Positions 1 through 12,462 of a stretch of 64,000 nt of DNA are shown in pieces. The notes under the pieces are model-generated. The model did no database searches and was not told the DNA's origin. It worked only from the letters and a program-made list of their open reading frames with translations. The translations under genes and the position numbers were made by a program. The first letter of the stretch is position 1, and every line of letters starts with the position of its first letter. The stretch is from Eledone cirrhosa (lineage: Eukaryota), in contig OZ024743.1 in the NCBI GenBank assembly GCA_964016885.1, forward strand, positions 170,128,001-170,192,000, in the 5' to 3' direction.

Positions 1-3000
1 TCGTCTACTTACAAGGACCTTAGTCTTTGTCATGTTGACTTTGAGACCCTTTCTCTCTAGTCCCTGCTTCCAGGTTTGGAATTTATTCTCTAGTTCTATC
101 ATAGATTCAGCTATGAGTGCGAGGTCATCAGGATACAGGAGTTCCCATAGGCATCCGGTCTTAAATTCCTCCGTTATTGCCTGCAGGACTATGATGAACA
201 GGAGAGGGCTAAGAACAGAGCCCTGGTGGACACCAGCCTGTACGCTAAATTCCTAGCTATACTCATTGCTAATCCTAACTTTGCTGACTGCTCCCCTATA
301 CATGGCTTGTACCGCTTTCACAAGCCATTCATCTACTCCTAGTTTTCTAAGAGCCCACCAGATTACAGCACGTGGAACTCTGTCAAAGGCTTTCTCAAGG
401 TCGACAAATGCCAAGTAGAGTGGCTTACTTTTAGCTAGGTACTTTTCCTGTAATTGCCTCACAAGGAAGAGGGCATCAGTGGTGCCTCTTCCTGGTACAA
501 ACCCAAATTGCATCTCGTCTATTTTCACCCGGTCCCTAATCAGCTGTGCTATAACTCTTTCTGTTACTTTCATGACCTGGTCCATCAATTTTATACCTCT
601 ATAGTTTCCTCTATCTAGTGCGTCGCCTTTGCCTTTGTAGCAGTTGACAATGATGCTACTGCACCAATCTTTTGGTATGGCCCCTTCTAGTATTACCTGG
701 TTAACGATACGTGTGGTTATAGTGTGACCTACAGACCCAGATGCCTTCAGCATCTCGGCAGCTATACCCGATGGACCGGTTGCCTTCCCCATCTTCATAT
801 CTCTGATTGCCTTACTTACTACGCTGCCGCTGACTTGTACTGCTGGTCCCTCTATAGGGTCTACTTGGGGTAGGGTCTCTTCTTCCCATGCATTCTCCTC
901 ATTTAGTAATCTATCATAATGACTCTTCCATGCATCTTTCTTCTCAGCACTTGTGAGGGCAAGCTCACCTTTATCATTCCGGATACACTTCTCTCCAATG
1001 ACATCACAACTATCTCTGACACACTGCCTCGCAATCTTGAATACCTCCTGTTTCTGGTCCTCACGTTGTAAAACATGCTTGAATTTTCTATCCTCTGCTT
1101 CCCTCCTAGCTAAGTATACTTGTCGCCTAGCTTCCCTCTTGGTCTCTATGTAATGTACCCTGCTCCCCCCGTTCTTCCATTCTTTCCATGCCTGCCTCTT
1201 GGCCTTGACTGCTTCATCTACCTTATTGTTCCACCACCAAGTCACTCTCCTCCTGCTTGAGGTCTTACTCCAGCCACAGACCTCGTCCGTCGCCTCTAGT
1301 AAATTATTTTTTAGGAACTCCCAGTTCTCTTCTACATTAAATGTCTCTATCTGTTCTTCTTTACTGTCGTAGGCGTTGAGTAAAATATCTTTAAATCTGT
1401 TACTGGTTGAGGGGACTTTCAGCTTCCAGATCTTTCTTCTCCAGGTTGGCCTCTGTTTCAGGGCTCGTCTAGTTCTGACCGTGAGGTCGCTGACAACTAA
1501 GCTATATTGGGATGTACATTCCTCACTAGGGAAGGCTTTTGTGTTTACGACCGTCCATCTGTCACGTCCTCTGATGAGGATAAAATCTAACTGACTAGAG
1601 TGCTCCCCTGATCTATAGGTGATCAGGTGGTTGTCGGGTTTTTTTAAGTTTGTGTTACATATCGACATGTCATTGGCGTCGCAGAATTCTATAAGTCTGA
1701 ATCCTTCCTCATTCCTCATTCCTTGTGCCAACTCCATGGCCTCCATGTACTCTATTGAAGCCGTCGCAGTGTTTACCTACGTGTCCGTTAAAATCTCCTG
1801 CGATGATTAGGAAGTCCTTGTCGTCTGTTAGAGCAGTAGTGTGTATTAGGGACTCGTAAAACCTATCCTTAAGTTCGTCTGGCAGCCCCGATTGGGGTGC
1901 GTAAGCTGATATTATTGTGGTAATTGTCTTATTCAGGACTAGTCTGAGTTTAATGATTCTTGCATTTACCCTGTACACTGAGATTACTTTATCTACCCAC
2001 TTGTCAGCTAATAGTATACCTACACCACCCATCCCATCGTCATTTCCCACCCAGAAAAATTTGTAGCACTGACTTTTTCCTACAAGGACTCTAGCAGACT
2101 CTCCTCTCCATCTAGTCTCTTGCACACAGCATACATCAACTTCCTTTCGCTCTAGCATTTCTACGATTTCGCCTGCTCTTCCTTTCATTGAGCCTACATT
2201 GATGGTACCAACTCGGAGTTTTAGCAATTTGTCGACACTCGTAGGGGAGGGTCTCTGGGTTGGCTCTTCAATGGGTGCTTGGTAGCTCGCAGATTCATAT
2301 TTCATCTATTGATTCAGAGTTGCTCAAATGTATTCTCAGCTCATCCATCCATAACGGTGGGAAAATTGAGGGCTAGAAGAACAGTGGTGGTGGGGTAATG
2401 GCAGGGTGTGTTGGGCTGCGCCAGAGGAGGAGAGAGTTAGTTAGGTAGGTAGTAGCAGCAGCAGCAGCAGCGGAAATGGCATGCTGAGGTTTGATTGGTC
2501 GAATAGGCTATGGTGGTGTGTGGGGGTGGGTGAGAGGGAAATTGTGAGGTGGGCACTGAGGGCCACATGGTAAATAACCGAGAGACATACGATAGAATTA
2601 GAATACCGCATGGTAAATATCCGAAGTTAAAACAGCAGAAAAACAGTAGTAATAGTAACGTCATAGGAACTAAGATACCTTCGAAAATTTATCAATAATA
2701 CAGCAGAAAAACAGTAGTAATATTAACAATAGTAACGTCATAGGAACTAAGATACCTTCGAAAATTTATCAATAATACAGCAGAAAAACAGTAGTAATAT
2801 TAACAATAGTAACGTCATAGGAACTAAGATACCTTCGAAAATTTATCAATAATACAGCAGAAAAACAGTAGTAATATTAACAATAATAGCGTCATAAAAC
2901 TAACTAAGAATACCTTCGAAGATTTGTATAGATGGGTGGCCGGAACGAAATGAAATCAACTCTAATGATACATTTTAGCAGATAAGGGAAAAGGGTCTTA

Positions 3001-3012
3001 TCTCTCCAATAG
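1..3012 (-). mobile_element. RTE-clade LINE (family C), 5' part with putative 5'UTR, AP endonuclease and RT; disrupted; continues past window start
   Basis: ORF 1709-2305 has APE motifs (GTINVG, VQETRW, SAYAPQ, GDFNGHVG). ORF 253-1746 has RT motifs ([26 protein letters not shown]). A 7-bp duplication (GAATGAG x2, ~1705-1722) shifts the frame and a TAG at 253-255 interrupts it. The 5' boundary is approximate. Confidence 0.93.
2633..2922. repeat. Tandem ~77-bp monomers (about 3.8 copies) upstream of the RTE ORF
   Basis: CAGCAGAAAAACAGTAGTAA...GATACCTTCGAAAATTTATCAATAATA restarts at 2633, 2701, 2778 and 2855. Confidence 0.92.
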
Positions 3013-3046
3013 TTTATATTTATATATATATTTATATATATATATT

Positions 3047-3077
<31 letters not shown>

Positions 3078-3084
3078 ATATATA

Positions 3085-3405
3085 TACGATATTAATAAAT
3101 GGAAACTATATTTATAAAACCATATTTATTTCATTATATATATTTCAAGGATACCAAGTTACATTATGGTATGCCTTCATCAGACAAAATACAATATATA
3201 ACAGTTTTATAAATAGACATTGACGTACCCCTTTAAAAATTGACCGTTGCTTTTGGAGGCCATCAGGATATGAAATAAATATGGTTTTATAAATATAGTT
3301 TCCATTTATTAATATCGTATATCTACTCCAAATATTTGTCGAGTTTTATATCAGTTATAAAAATATTTGCTTGTTGTATCCCAACAATTTAAATAAAACT
3401 TTTGC
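3085..3405. mobile_element. PLE pseudo-LTR-like fold-back unit (family P1) between (TA)n tracts
   Basis: Inverted arms at ~3085-3135 and ~3270-3320. The same sequence family occurs at 16040-16492, 29459-29690 and 33208-33645. Confidence 0.75.
3127..3191 (-). ncRNA. Minimal type I hammerhead ribozyme (family P1)
   Basis: Reverse complement reads TATTTTGT CTGATGA AGGCATACCA-loop-TGGTATCCTT GAAA TATATATA ATGAAATA. Stem I is 8 bp with GU pairs, stem III is palindromic, cleavage triplet is AUA. Confidence 0.8.
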
Positions 3406-3437
<32 letters not shown>

Positions 3438-3531
3438 ATATGCAATATATATATAACGGAGGAAATGTGGTAAGGAACCAGGTGGACCATAACGCACCAA
3501 AGTACTCAATACTTAGGGTAGTAGTGTGGGT

Positions 3532-3651
3532 AATAGGAACGAGTAGGACCCCGACGGCTGAGCTCAAGCCGTTTCGACGGCTAATTCTGTAGTCCAGAAT
3601 TAGCCGTCGAAATGGCTTAAGCTCAGCCGTCGGAGTCCTACTCGTTCCTAT
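3532..3651. repeat. ~120-bp hairpin carrying only the 3' half of a hammerhead on each arm (GAAAYGGC..GCCGTC)
   Basis: ATAGGAACGAGTAGGAC...CTAATTCTG tagtc CAGAATTAG...CCTACTCGTTCCTAT. A related sequence occurs at ~59920-59985. Confidence 0.75.
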
Positions 3652-3812
3652 AAATATATATATATTTATATTTCGGTTATTTGTTGGAGATTTCTTCATA
3701 GAAGCCTTATTCTTATAGCCTGGTCTATTTGATTTTTTATATAGTTAATTATGCTAATTGGGAGAGGAAATGGTATATATTTTATCTGGTGATTCTATAG
3801 ACATGTTTATGA

Positions 3813-3885
<73 letters not shown>

Positions 3886-4187
3886 GTAAGTATGCATGTA
3901 TACGTACATACATATATGTATACAGACGTACAGTAGCATATATATATGTGCATGCTACTGTACGTCTGTATACATATATGTATGTACGTATACATGCATA
4001 CTTACATTTAAGTAAGTGCCATACTAAGAGTGAGAAATGAAATTTCATTTTCATTTTGTTTCAATTTATCGTTTTCGGTATGCCTGACCGATTTAACTCA
4101 CTCAATATGCAAATTAGGCTGCTCAGCCGTTAATTTTCATAAGGAAAGTATATACTTTCGAACGTTCAACTATCTGGCAGATGGGTA

Positions 4188-4232
4188 AACGGTGCTGATG
4201 ATAGCTAACAAGCTTGAAACTAGTACATCGTT
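4188..4232 (+). ncRNA. Minimal type I hammerhead ribozyme (P2)
   Basis: AACGGTG CTGATGA TAGCT AACA AGCTT GAAAC TA GTA CATCGTT: 7-bp stem I, AGCT/AGCT stem II, palindromic ACTAGT stem III, GUA cleavage triplet. Confidence 0.88.
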
Positions 4233-4653
4233 CCTGTGTCAGTGTTGAACAAAAAGGTGACGTGGTTGCCTTAACACCGTATGGCATAAATTCAGGCTGT
4301 TCAGTTTGTTTACAAACGAACAAAGCGACGTTGGCGCCGCTAAACTGATACGTGCATATATGTATGTGTACCTGTATGCACATGTATGTATATATGTATA
4401 TATATATATATATGTGCATGCTACTGTACGTCTGTATACATATATGTATGTACGTATACATGCATACTTACATTTAAGTAAGTGCCATACTAAGAGTGAG
4501 AAATGAAATTTCATTTTCATTTTGTTTCAATTTATCGTTTTCGGTATGCCTGACCGATTTAACTCACTCAATATGCAAATTAGGCTGCTCAGCCGTTAAT
4601 TTTCATAAGGAAAGTATATACTTTCGAACGTTCAACTATCTGGCAGATGGGTA

Positions 4654-4698
4654 AACGGTGCTGATGATAGCTAACAAGCTTGAAACTAGTACATCGTT
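4654..4698 (+). ncRNA. Minimal type I hammerhead ribozyme (P2), second tandem copy
   Basis: Identical to 4188-4232. Confidence 0.88.
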
Positions 4699-4998
4699 CC
4701 TGTGTCAGTGTTGAACAAAAAGGTGACGTGGTTGCCTTAACACCGTATGGCATAAATTCAGGCTGTTCAGTTTGTTTACAAACGAACAAAGCGACGTTGG
4801 CGCCGCTAAACTGATACGTGCATATATGTATGTGTACCTGTATGCACATGTATGTATATATGTATATATATATATATATGTGCATGCTACTGTACATCTG
4901 TATACATATATGTATGTACGTATACATGCATACTTACATTTAAGTAAGTGCCATACTAAGAGTGAGAAATGAAATTTCATTTTCATTTTGTTTCAATT

Positions 4999-5156
<158 letters not shown>

Positions 5157-5385
5157 CATATATATATATATATATTTATTTATATATATATTCAGGTTTG
5201 AGGTTCACCACTGTATAGAGCTGGTCTATTCCGTATGGTCAATCGTAATGTAATAATATAGAGAGTACTCAACGTAAAGCAGTTCAACCGTCTTTGTTTT
5301 TGTAGTTGGTGGTGCTATTACGGAGTTAAATATTATAATGAAATGACAGGAGGCTGGATTTGTGTAAATCCTTGAAAGGTTTATT

Positions 5386-5443
5386 ATACTATGATCATTT
5401 CAATGACCGGGTTCCGTATGAATCCGGTGATATCATCAGGTAT
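5386..5443 (-). ncRNA. Minimal type I hammerhead ribozyme (P3)
   Basis: Reverse complement of 5608-5665. Confidence 0.78.
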
Positions 5444-5607
5444 TCTAAATATAATACCTAAATGTAATAGATAAAATCCATGGGGCTGAAAATCGAGGAT
5501 CCGAGGGCGACCGCTATCTTGCACCCTCTACCTTAGCCGGTCGCCCTCGGGTCCTCGATTTTCAGCCCCATGGATTTTATCTATTACATTCAGGTATTAT
5601 ATTTCGA

Positions 5608-5665
5608 ATACCTGATGATATCACCGGATTCATACGGAACCCGGTCATTGAAATGATCATAGTAT
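5608..5665 (+). ncRNA. Minimal type I hammerhead ribozyme (P3)
   Basis: ATAC CTGATGA TATCACCGG..CCGGTCATT GAAA TGATCA TA GTAT: palindromic TGATCA stem III, AUA triplet. Confidence 0.78.
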
Positions 5666-5718
5666 AATAAACCTTTCAAGGATTTACACAAATCCAGCCT
5701 CCTGTCATTTCATTATAA

Positions 5719-5791
<73 letters not shown>

Positions 5792-6275
5792 AAATTCCGA
5801 CCTCACAGACTTACACCTCTCCAAGACAATGTCACTGGACCGAGATCTTTGGCGCTACACAGTAATAGAGAAGACCTGCCTTACCTAAATACAAAGTAAA
5901 AACTACTACAGTCAGTAGGCACCTCTAACAAAATACACCCCCGTCCCACTACCCCCACCCCATCCACACCACCCCTTTCAATGTAAAGTTATGTTGGTAC
6001 CACAACATCCAGGCCGAAACAAATGAGGTTGTGTAGGTGTCACGACAAAAAAACACACAGTGCATGCTGTAATGTGGCCTTGTAGGTAACACGGTAAAAA
6101 CCTCCCAGTTCCACACTGTAAATGTGGTTGGTGTTAGGAAGGGCATCCAGTTGTAGAAAACCCGCCAGACAGTCCTATGTGAGCAAGACAACCACTCTTG
6201 CCTCAAGTGGGAAAACTCCCGTCCAAACCCATGCAAGCATGGAATATGGACGTTAAACGATGATGATTATGATGA
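5792..6275 (+). mobile_element. 5'-truncated RTE (family A): ORF end, 3'UTR and (GAT)n tail
   Basis: Matches 32740-33207. Flanked by (TA)n. Confidence 0.88.
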
Positions 6276-6300
6276 TATATATATATATATTTATTTATAT

Positions 6301-6808
6301 CATCATCATCATCATTTTACGTCCGCTTTTCCCTGCTTGCAAGGGTGGGACGGGTCTTATTCAGCACAGCATCTCTCCACTCGTCACGGTCCCTCGTCAT
6401 CTCCACCGTGAGCTTCAATGATCTGAGGTCTGTTCTCACCACCTCCGCCCATGTTTTTCGTGGTCTACCTCTACAACGTCTTCCTTCAACTGGCATTTCC
6501 TGGCACTTCTTCACCCATCGGTCATCCTCCATGCGCATCACATGTCCATACCACCTCAGTCTCCTCTCCCGTACACTACATTCTATCCCTCTCAGACACA
6601 GTTTCTCTCTCAACACATTTATGCTGGGTCGTTCACGCACATTTACACTGCACATCCAATGGAGCATGCTTGCCTCATTTCTCTCCAGCCGTCGCATATC
6701 CTCTGCAGTTGCTGCCCATGTCTCACTACCATGCAACATCGCGCTCCTCACACAGGCATCATACAACCGGCCTTTCGTACGCAGGGAGAAACCCTTCTTC
6801 GTCAACAA
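6301..6808 (-). mobile_element. 5'-truncated RTE (family B) 3' end
   Basis: ORF 6317-6808 (MLHGSETW, RRLRWYGHVMRM, GRPRKTW) ends directly in an (ATG)n tail. Confidence 0.92.
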
Positions 6809-9800
6809 AAACGATGCTATAAACTTTTCTGGGTGGGAAATGACAACGGACAGGGTGGTGTAGGAATTATGTTAGCTGAAAAATGGGTAGATAAGGTAAT
6901 TGACATAAATAGAGTGAATGACAGAATAATTGAATTAAGACTAATTCTAAATAGAACTACTGTGACAATAATATCTGCTTATGCACCCCAATCAGGTCTA
7001 CCTGATGTTATAAAGGACAGGTTCTATGAGATGCTAATGCACACTACCTCCCAAATAACCGACAGCGACTACTTTATTATTGGTGGTGACCTAAACGGTT
7101 ACGTTGGACAACATAGTGATGGCTATGATGGAATCCATGGAGGCTATGGGGTTGGAAATAGAAATGAGGAGGGCTTCAGAATCCTGGAATTCTGTGACGC
7201 AAATAGCCTAACTATCTGCAAATCAAACTTCAAAAAACGTGAAAACCACTTGATCACCTATAGATCAGGGGAACACGCCAGCCAGTGAGATTATTTCCTT
7301 ACTAGAAGACGGGACAAAATGTCTGTTGTAAACACTAAATCCCTCCCCCGTGAAGAATGCAACTCACAACATAGCCTAGTAGTTAGTGACCTCATACTCA
7401 GGAATAGACGTACTCGATGATAGAGGAGGCCTACTTTGAGGAAAAGAATATGGAAGTTGAAGGACCCCATAGCCAGTGACAAATTTAAAAGCTTATTACT
7501 TGATGCCTTTGACAGTAAGGAAGAGCAATTAGAGACGTGCAATATAGAGGAACAGTGGCAATTCCTGAAAGTGAACCTGCTGAAAGCAACGCATGAAATC
7601 TGTGGCTGGAGCAGACCTATTGGCAGGAGGAGAGTAACTTGGTGGTGGAACAGTAAGGTGGAAGAGACAATCAAGGCCAAAAAGCAGGCTTGGAAAGTAT
7701 GGCAGGATGGGGGAAGTAGAGAACACTATCAAGTGGCCAGGAGACAAGTGTACCTTGCAAAAAGGGTAGCAGAGGATAGAAAGTTCAAGCATGTTCTACA
7801 ACATGAGGACCAAAAACGTGAGGTGTTCAGGATTACTAGGCAATGTGTCAAGGAAAACCGTGATATTGTCGGGGAGAAGTGTGTCCGTAATGATAATGGT
7901 GTACTTGCGCTCACTGATACTGATAAGAAAATAGCCTGGAAGTGTCACTACGAGAGATTATTAAATGAGGAGAATAAATGGGAAAAAAATAGTCTGCCCC
8001 AAATCGATCCAATAGAGGGACCAGCAGTGCAAGTTAAAGGTAGTATAATAAGTAAGGCAATCAAAGATATGAAGGCAGCTGGGCCTTCGGAGATAGTTGC
8101 TGAGATGTTGAAGGCATCTGGAATGGTGGGACATACTATGGTCACCCGTATAGTTAACCAAGTAATACAGAATGGGGTCATACCGAAAGACTGGCGTAGC
8201 AGCATCATCATTAACTGCTACAAGGGTAAAGGGGATGCTCTAGATAGGGGAAACTATAGAGGCATTAAGTTAGTTGACTAGGTCATGAATGTCACAGAAA
8301 AAGTTATAGCACAACTAATCAGAGAGCGAATTGATCTAGATGAAATGCAGTTTGGGTTTGTGTCAGGTAAACGTACCATGGACGCTCTTTTCCTTCTACG
8401 ACAACTACAAGAGAAGTACCTAGCTAAAAGTAAACCCCTCTACTTAGCTTTTGTAGACCTGGAGAAAGCTTTTGACAGAGTCCTCCGCACCATTATCTGG
8501 TGGGCTCTTAGAAAACTAGGTGTAGATGAATGGCTTGTGAGAGCTATACAAGCTATGTATAATGAAACAGTCAGTAAGGTTAGAATTAACAATGAATATT
8601 GTGAAGAATTTTAGTGTAAAAGTTGGCGTTCATCAAGGCTCTGTCCTTAGCCCCCTCTTATTTATTATTGCCCTTCAGGCTATAACAGAGGAGTTCAAGA
8701 CCGGCTGCCCATGGGAACTCCTATACACAGATGATCTAACACTCATAGCTGAATCAATGGCTGAACTAGAGAAGAAATTCGAAACATTGAAGCATGGCCT
8801 AGAATCAAAAGGCCTTAAAGTTAACTTGCCTAAGACTAAAGTTCTAGTTTGTAGAAAGGAAAATAGGGCACAGGTGCTCTCAGGGAAATGGCCATGTTCA
8901 GTGTGTAGGAAAGAAGTAGGCAGAAATTCAATTTTATGTCCCAAATGCAAAGTATGGGTTCATAAAAGATGTAGTGGGATCACAGGTAAACTATCAAAGA
9001 ACGTAGACTTTATATGTGGCCAATGCTCAGGTGCAATAAGTAGCAAGTGTTCAAAGGATACTAGCTCCTTCTATTGCCCAGATGGTTCTATAGAAATAGT
9101 AGACACTTTCTGTTACCTGGGTGACGAAATCAGCAGTGGTGGAGGGTGTTCTGAAAGTACAGTAGCCAGAGTCAGAACAGGATGGAAAAAGTTCAGAGAG
9201 CTTATACCGCTGTTGGCCACAAAAGGTTTCTCTCTAAAAATGAAAGGCAGATTGTATGATGCCTGTATACGAACAGCAATGCTACATGGCAGTGAGACAT
9301 GGGCATTACGTGCAGAGGACCTGCGTAGACTGGAAAGGAATGAAGCATGCATGCTCCGTTGGATGTGTTATATTAATATACATGAACGGCAAAGCATAAA
9401 TGAACTAAGTGAGAAATTAGAAATAAGAGGTATCAAATGCTGTTTACTTGAGAGAAGACTACGTTGGTATGGTCACGTGATGCGCATGAAAGACGACAGC
9501 TGCATAAAAAAGTGCAGGGTGATCCAAATTGATGGTAGTTATGGAGTAGGTAGACCCAGAAAAACCTGGGATGATCTGATAAATTCCGACCTCACACACA
9601 TCTCTCTAAGACAATGTCTCTGGACCGAGATCTATGGCACTACGTAGTAATACAGGAGACCCGCCTTGCCTATGTACAAAGTGAAACCTACAGTCAGTAG
9701 GCACCTCTTAACCAAATATACACCCCAATCCTCTACCCCTACCCTATCCTCCCACTCCCACCAACAGCACGAGAAAATGAGATCGAGATCGTGTAGGTGT

Positions 9801-10055
9801 CACGACAAAAAAACACACACAGTCCACACTGTAATGTGGCCGTGTAGGTAACACAGTAAAAAGTTCCCAGTTCCACACTGTAAATGTGGTTGGTGTTAGG
9901 AAGGGCATCCAGCCGTAGAAAACCTGCCAGATAGTCCTATATGAGTAAGACACGGCCACCCGACCAGCCTTGCCTCAAGTGGGACAACTCAGGTCTAACC
10001 CATGCTAGCGTAGAAAATGGATGTTAAACGAAGATGATGATGATGATGATGATGC
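6809..10055 (+). pseudogene. Degenerate near-full-length RTE (family A): EN, RT, PHD-like finger, 3'UTR and (GAT)n tail
   Basis: Fragmented ORFs 6542-7288, 7436-8281, 8285-8614 and 8562-9647 are colinear with 29737-32850, with stops and frameshifts. Confidence 0.93.
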
Positions 10056-10084
10056 TGATATATATATTTATATATATATATATC

Positions 10085-11144
10085 TATCTATCTAAGGCGG
10101 GTAAAATTCCCGAGATCAATGGACGAGTTCTCTCCAGCGGTCTCTGTCCCTCATTATCGCTGCCATGTCCTGCGTCTCCAACAGACCAGTGTCTGTCCTT
10201 AGGGCATCAACATATGTTAACCTTGGTCTTCCTCTTCCAGTGTGTCCATGTAGGGGCTCCCAAAGGAGCACTGAGTGCAATGTCAACTCTGGATGTCGGT
10301 GAGCATGTCCAGCCAACCTCAGTCTCCTCTGTGTCACTTTTGAGCTGACTTTTGGGAGGCTCCCATACAGCTCTGAGTTTTTCATCCTCAGTGTATACTG
10401 ATTAATGTTCAGAGCCATCCTCAGCATTCTCGTGTAGCACCCATCCACCATCTGAGTGAGTCTCTTGGTCAGTGTCCAAGTCTCAGACCCACACAGCAGC
10501 ACAGACTCCACTACAACAATGAAGAGGCGGATTTTCAAGTCTCTACGAAGGTCCGACTTCCACACCGATCTCAAGCTGTGGCACGCCGCCCAGGCCTTGC
10601 TCTTCCTCTCAACCACATCATCTTCCGTATTCCCAATCTTTGCTCCCAAATACAGGAAGTCCTCAACCAATTCCAGCGGCTTCCCGCCTACATTAGTGAT
10701 CCCCTCTGGCTTCTCAACATTCTCTACCAGATATTTTGTTTTAGTCTCATTCATTCTCAGCCCCACACTCATCGACACAGTCTCAACCTCCCGCATCAAA
10801 TCCTCTGCCTCCTTCACTGTATTTGTCACCAAAACTATGTCGTCGGCAAATTCAGCATCCGATACCTTTTTCGCCCCAACTCTCCTGCTCTGAGCCGGTG
10901 CTACAGTAAAGCCAGAGTCCTGGTGTTTCTCCAGTGCAAGGCGCATACAATAGTCCACTACGATGATAAAAAGGTAGGGAGCCAATGTATCTCCCTGGAG
11001 CACTCCAGCCAATATCTCAAAGAACTCTGTCATCCCATCAGGTGTAATGACTTGGGCTTTGGTGTTGGTGTAGAGCAGTGATATCAGGTCCACTATCCTC
11101 TTGGGGATTCCATAAGCCTGTAAGATCTTCATCAGGCAGATCTT

Positions 11145-11148
<4 letters not shown>
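10085..11148 (-). mobile_element. 5'-truncated RTE/RTEX-like LINE (family D), RT C-terminal half
   Basis: ORF 10116-11150 has GVLQGDTLAPYLF, EFADD, FLYLG, GSETWTLT, RRLRLAGH and GRGRP. No PHD insert. Flanked by (TA)n. Confidence 0.9.
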
Positions 11149-11198
<50 letters not shown>

Positions 11199-11204
11199 AT
11201 TTAT

Positions 11205-12064
11205 ATAGTATAAAACGAAAAATCAGTGATGCATCTGGACTTAATTTATTGCGTGTTACAATTGTTTCGCCGGCAGGTAGCTCGAGACATGGTCCTTGTA
11301 TAGATCTGGCTGATTCTACTTCTGCACGTTCTTTCAGTATTTCGTTTGGAGCAAATTTTGTCACTGGGGTGTTATCATCAAAAAACACCCTCAAAAAACC
11401 CTACTTCCACTCTTGTCATGCCATTGGCTGTTTCATCACAAGTTCTGGTTAGTATTTACTGCCACACGGGTCATCAACCATTTTCCCTCTGACACATTTC
11501 GATGGAGTCATGCTGGGTTCAGCATCTCACACGTCTGTTCACACTTCAGAATAAGCACCCACACATACTAATATACACACACATACACACACATGCAGAC
11601 ACCGACAGGTTTATGCATACACTCACGTACAGCTACATGCGCAGACCCCCCCCCCCACATACATACATATATGTATATATATACACACACACTCTCTCCC
11701 TCACTTCCATGGACCCAGTCACACCCACTTGTAGATACATATCGCCACAAGCCTTATGACGGCTGCTTAATTCGCGCTATGTATCCGGTGGGATAAGCAT
11801 GGCCTACTCAAACATACACATATATACATACATACGCGCGCACACATACATACGCCCAACCTTATATACATTTATATATATACACACTCATATATACATA
11901 CACACATACATACACATACATACATATACACGCACATATGTATATACATATATATATACACATACATACATGGACATATATATATACTCACACATGCCCA
12001 CACATACATACAAAATACACATACGTACACAAACATTACATACACATGTACATACACACACATG

Positions 12065-12096
<32 letters not shown>

Positions 12097-12423
12097 AATA
12101 TCAACAACCTAACATGCATACGCACAGCCACATATATACATACATATACCTACGCATATGCCGACATATATACATCTACAGATTCATATGCACACATGCT
12201 GTCACATGCACATATGCATATTTGCCTACACACACGTGTTTCCACATATACAAATATAAACAAATATGTGCAGATGTATGCATGTGGCAGCACGTGTGCG
12301 TGTGAATATCTAGATGTATATATGTGCATATGCGTAGGTATATGTATGTATATATGTGGCTGTGCGTATGCATGTTAGGTTGTTGTTTTTTTGTGTATAT
12401 ATATATATGTGTATGTATGTATG

Positions 12424-12462
<39 letters not shown>

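Larger units (their letters stand above)
3881..4998 (+). mobile_element. Tandem 466-bp hammerhead-containing units (~2.3 copies) with a short inverted 5' segment; retrozyme/pLTR-like (family P2)
   Basis: Near-identical repeats offset by 466 bp (ORF track 4123/4589 and 4239/4705). 3881-3938 is the reverse complement of 3953-4010. Confidence 0.85.
5329..5723. repeat. ~395-bp fold-back element with a hammerhead in each arm (family P3)
   Basis: Arms at ~5329-5516 and ~5533-5723 are near-perfect reverse complements separated by a short loop. Confidence 0.88.

Noticed and set aside
2633-4998. CRISPR-like appearance of regular repeats
   Set aside because: The units are contiguous tandem copies with no unique spacers, no cas genes and a eukaryotic context.
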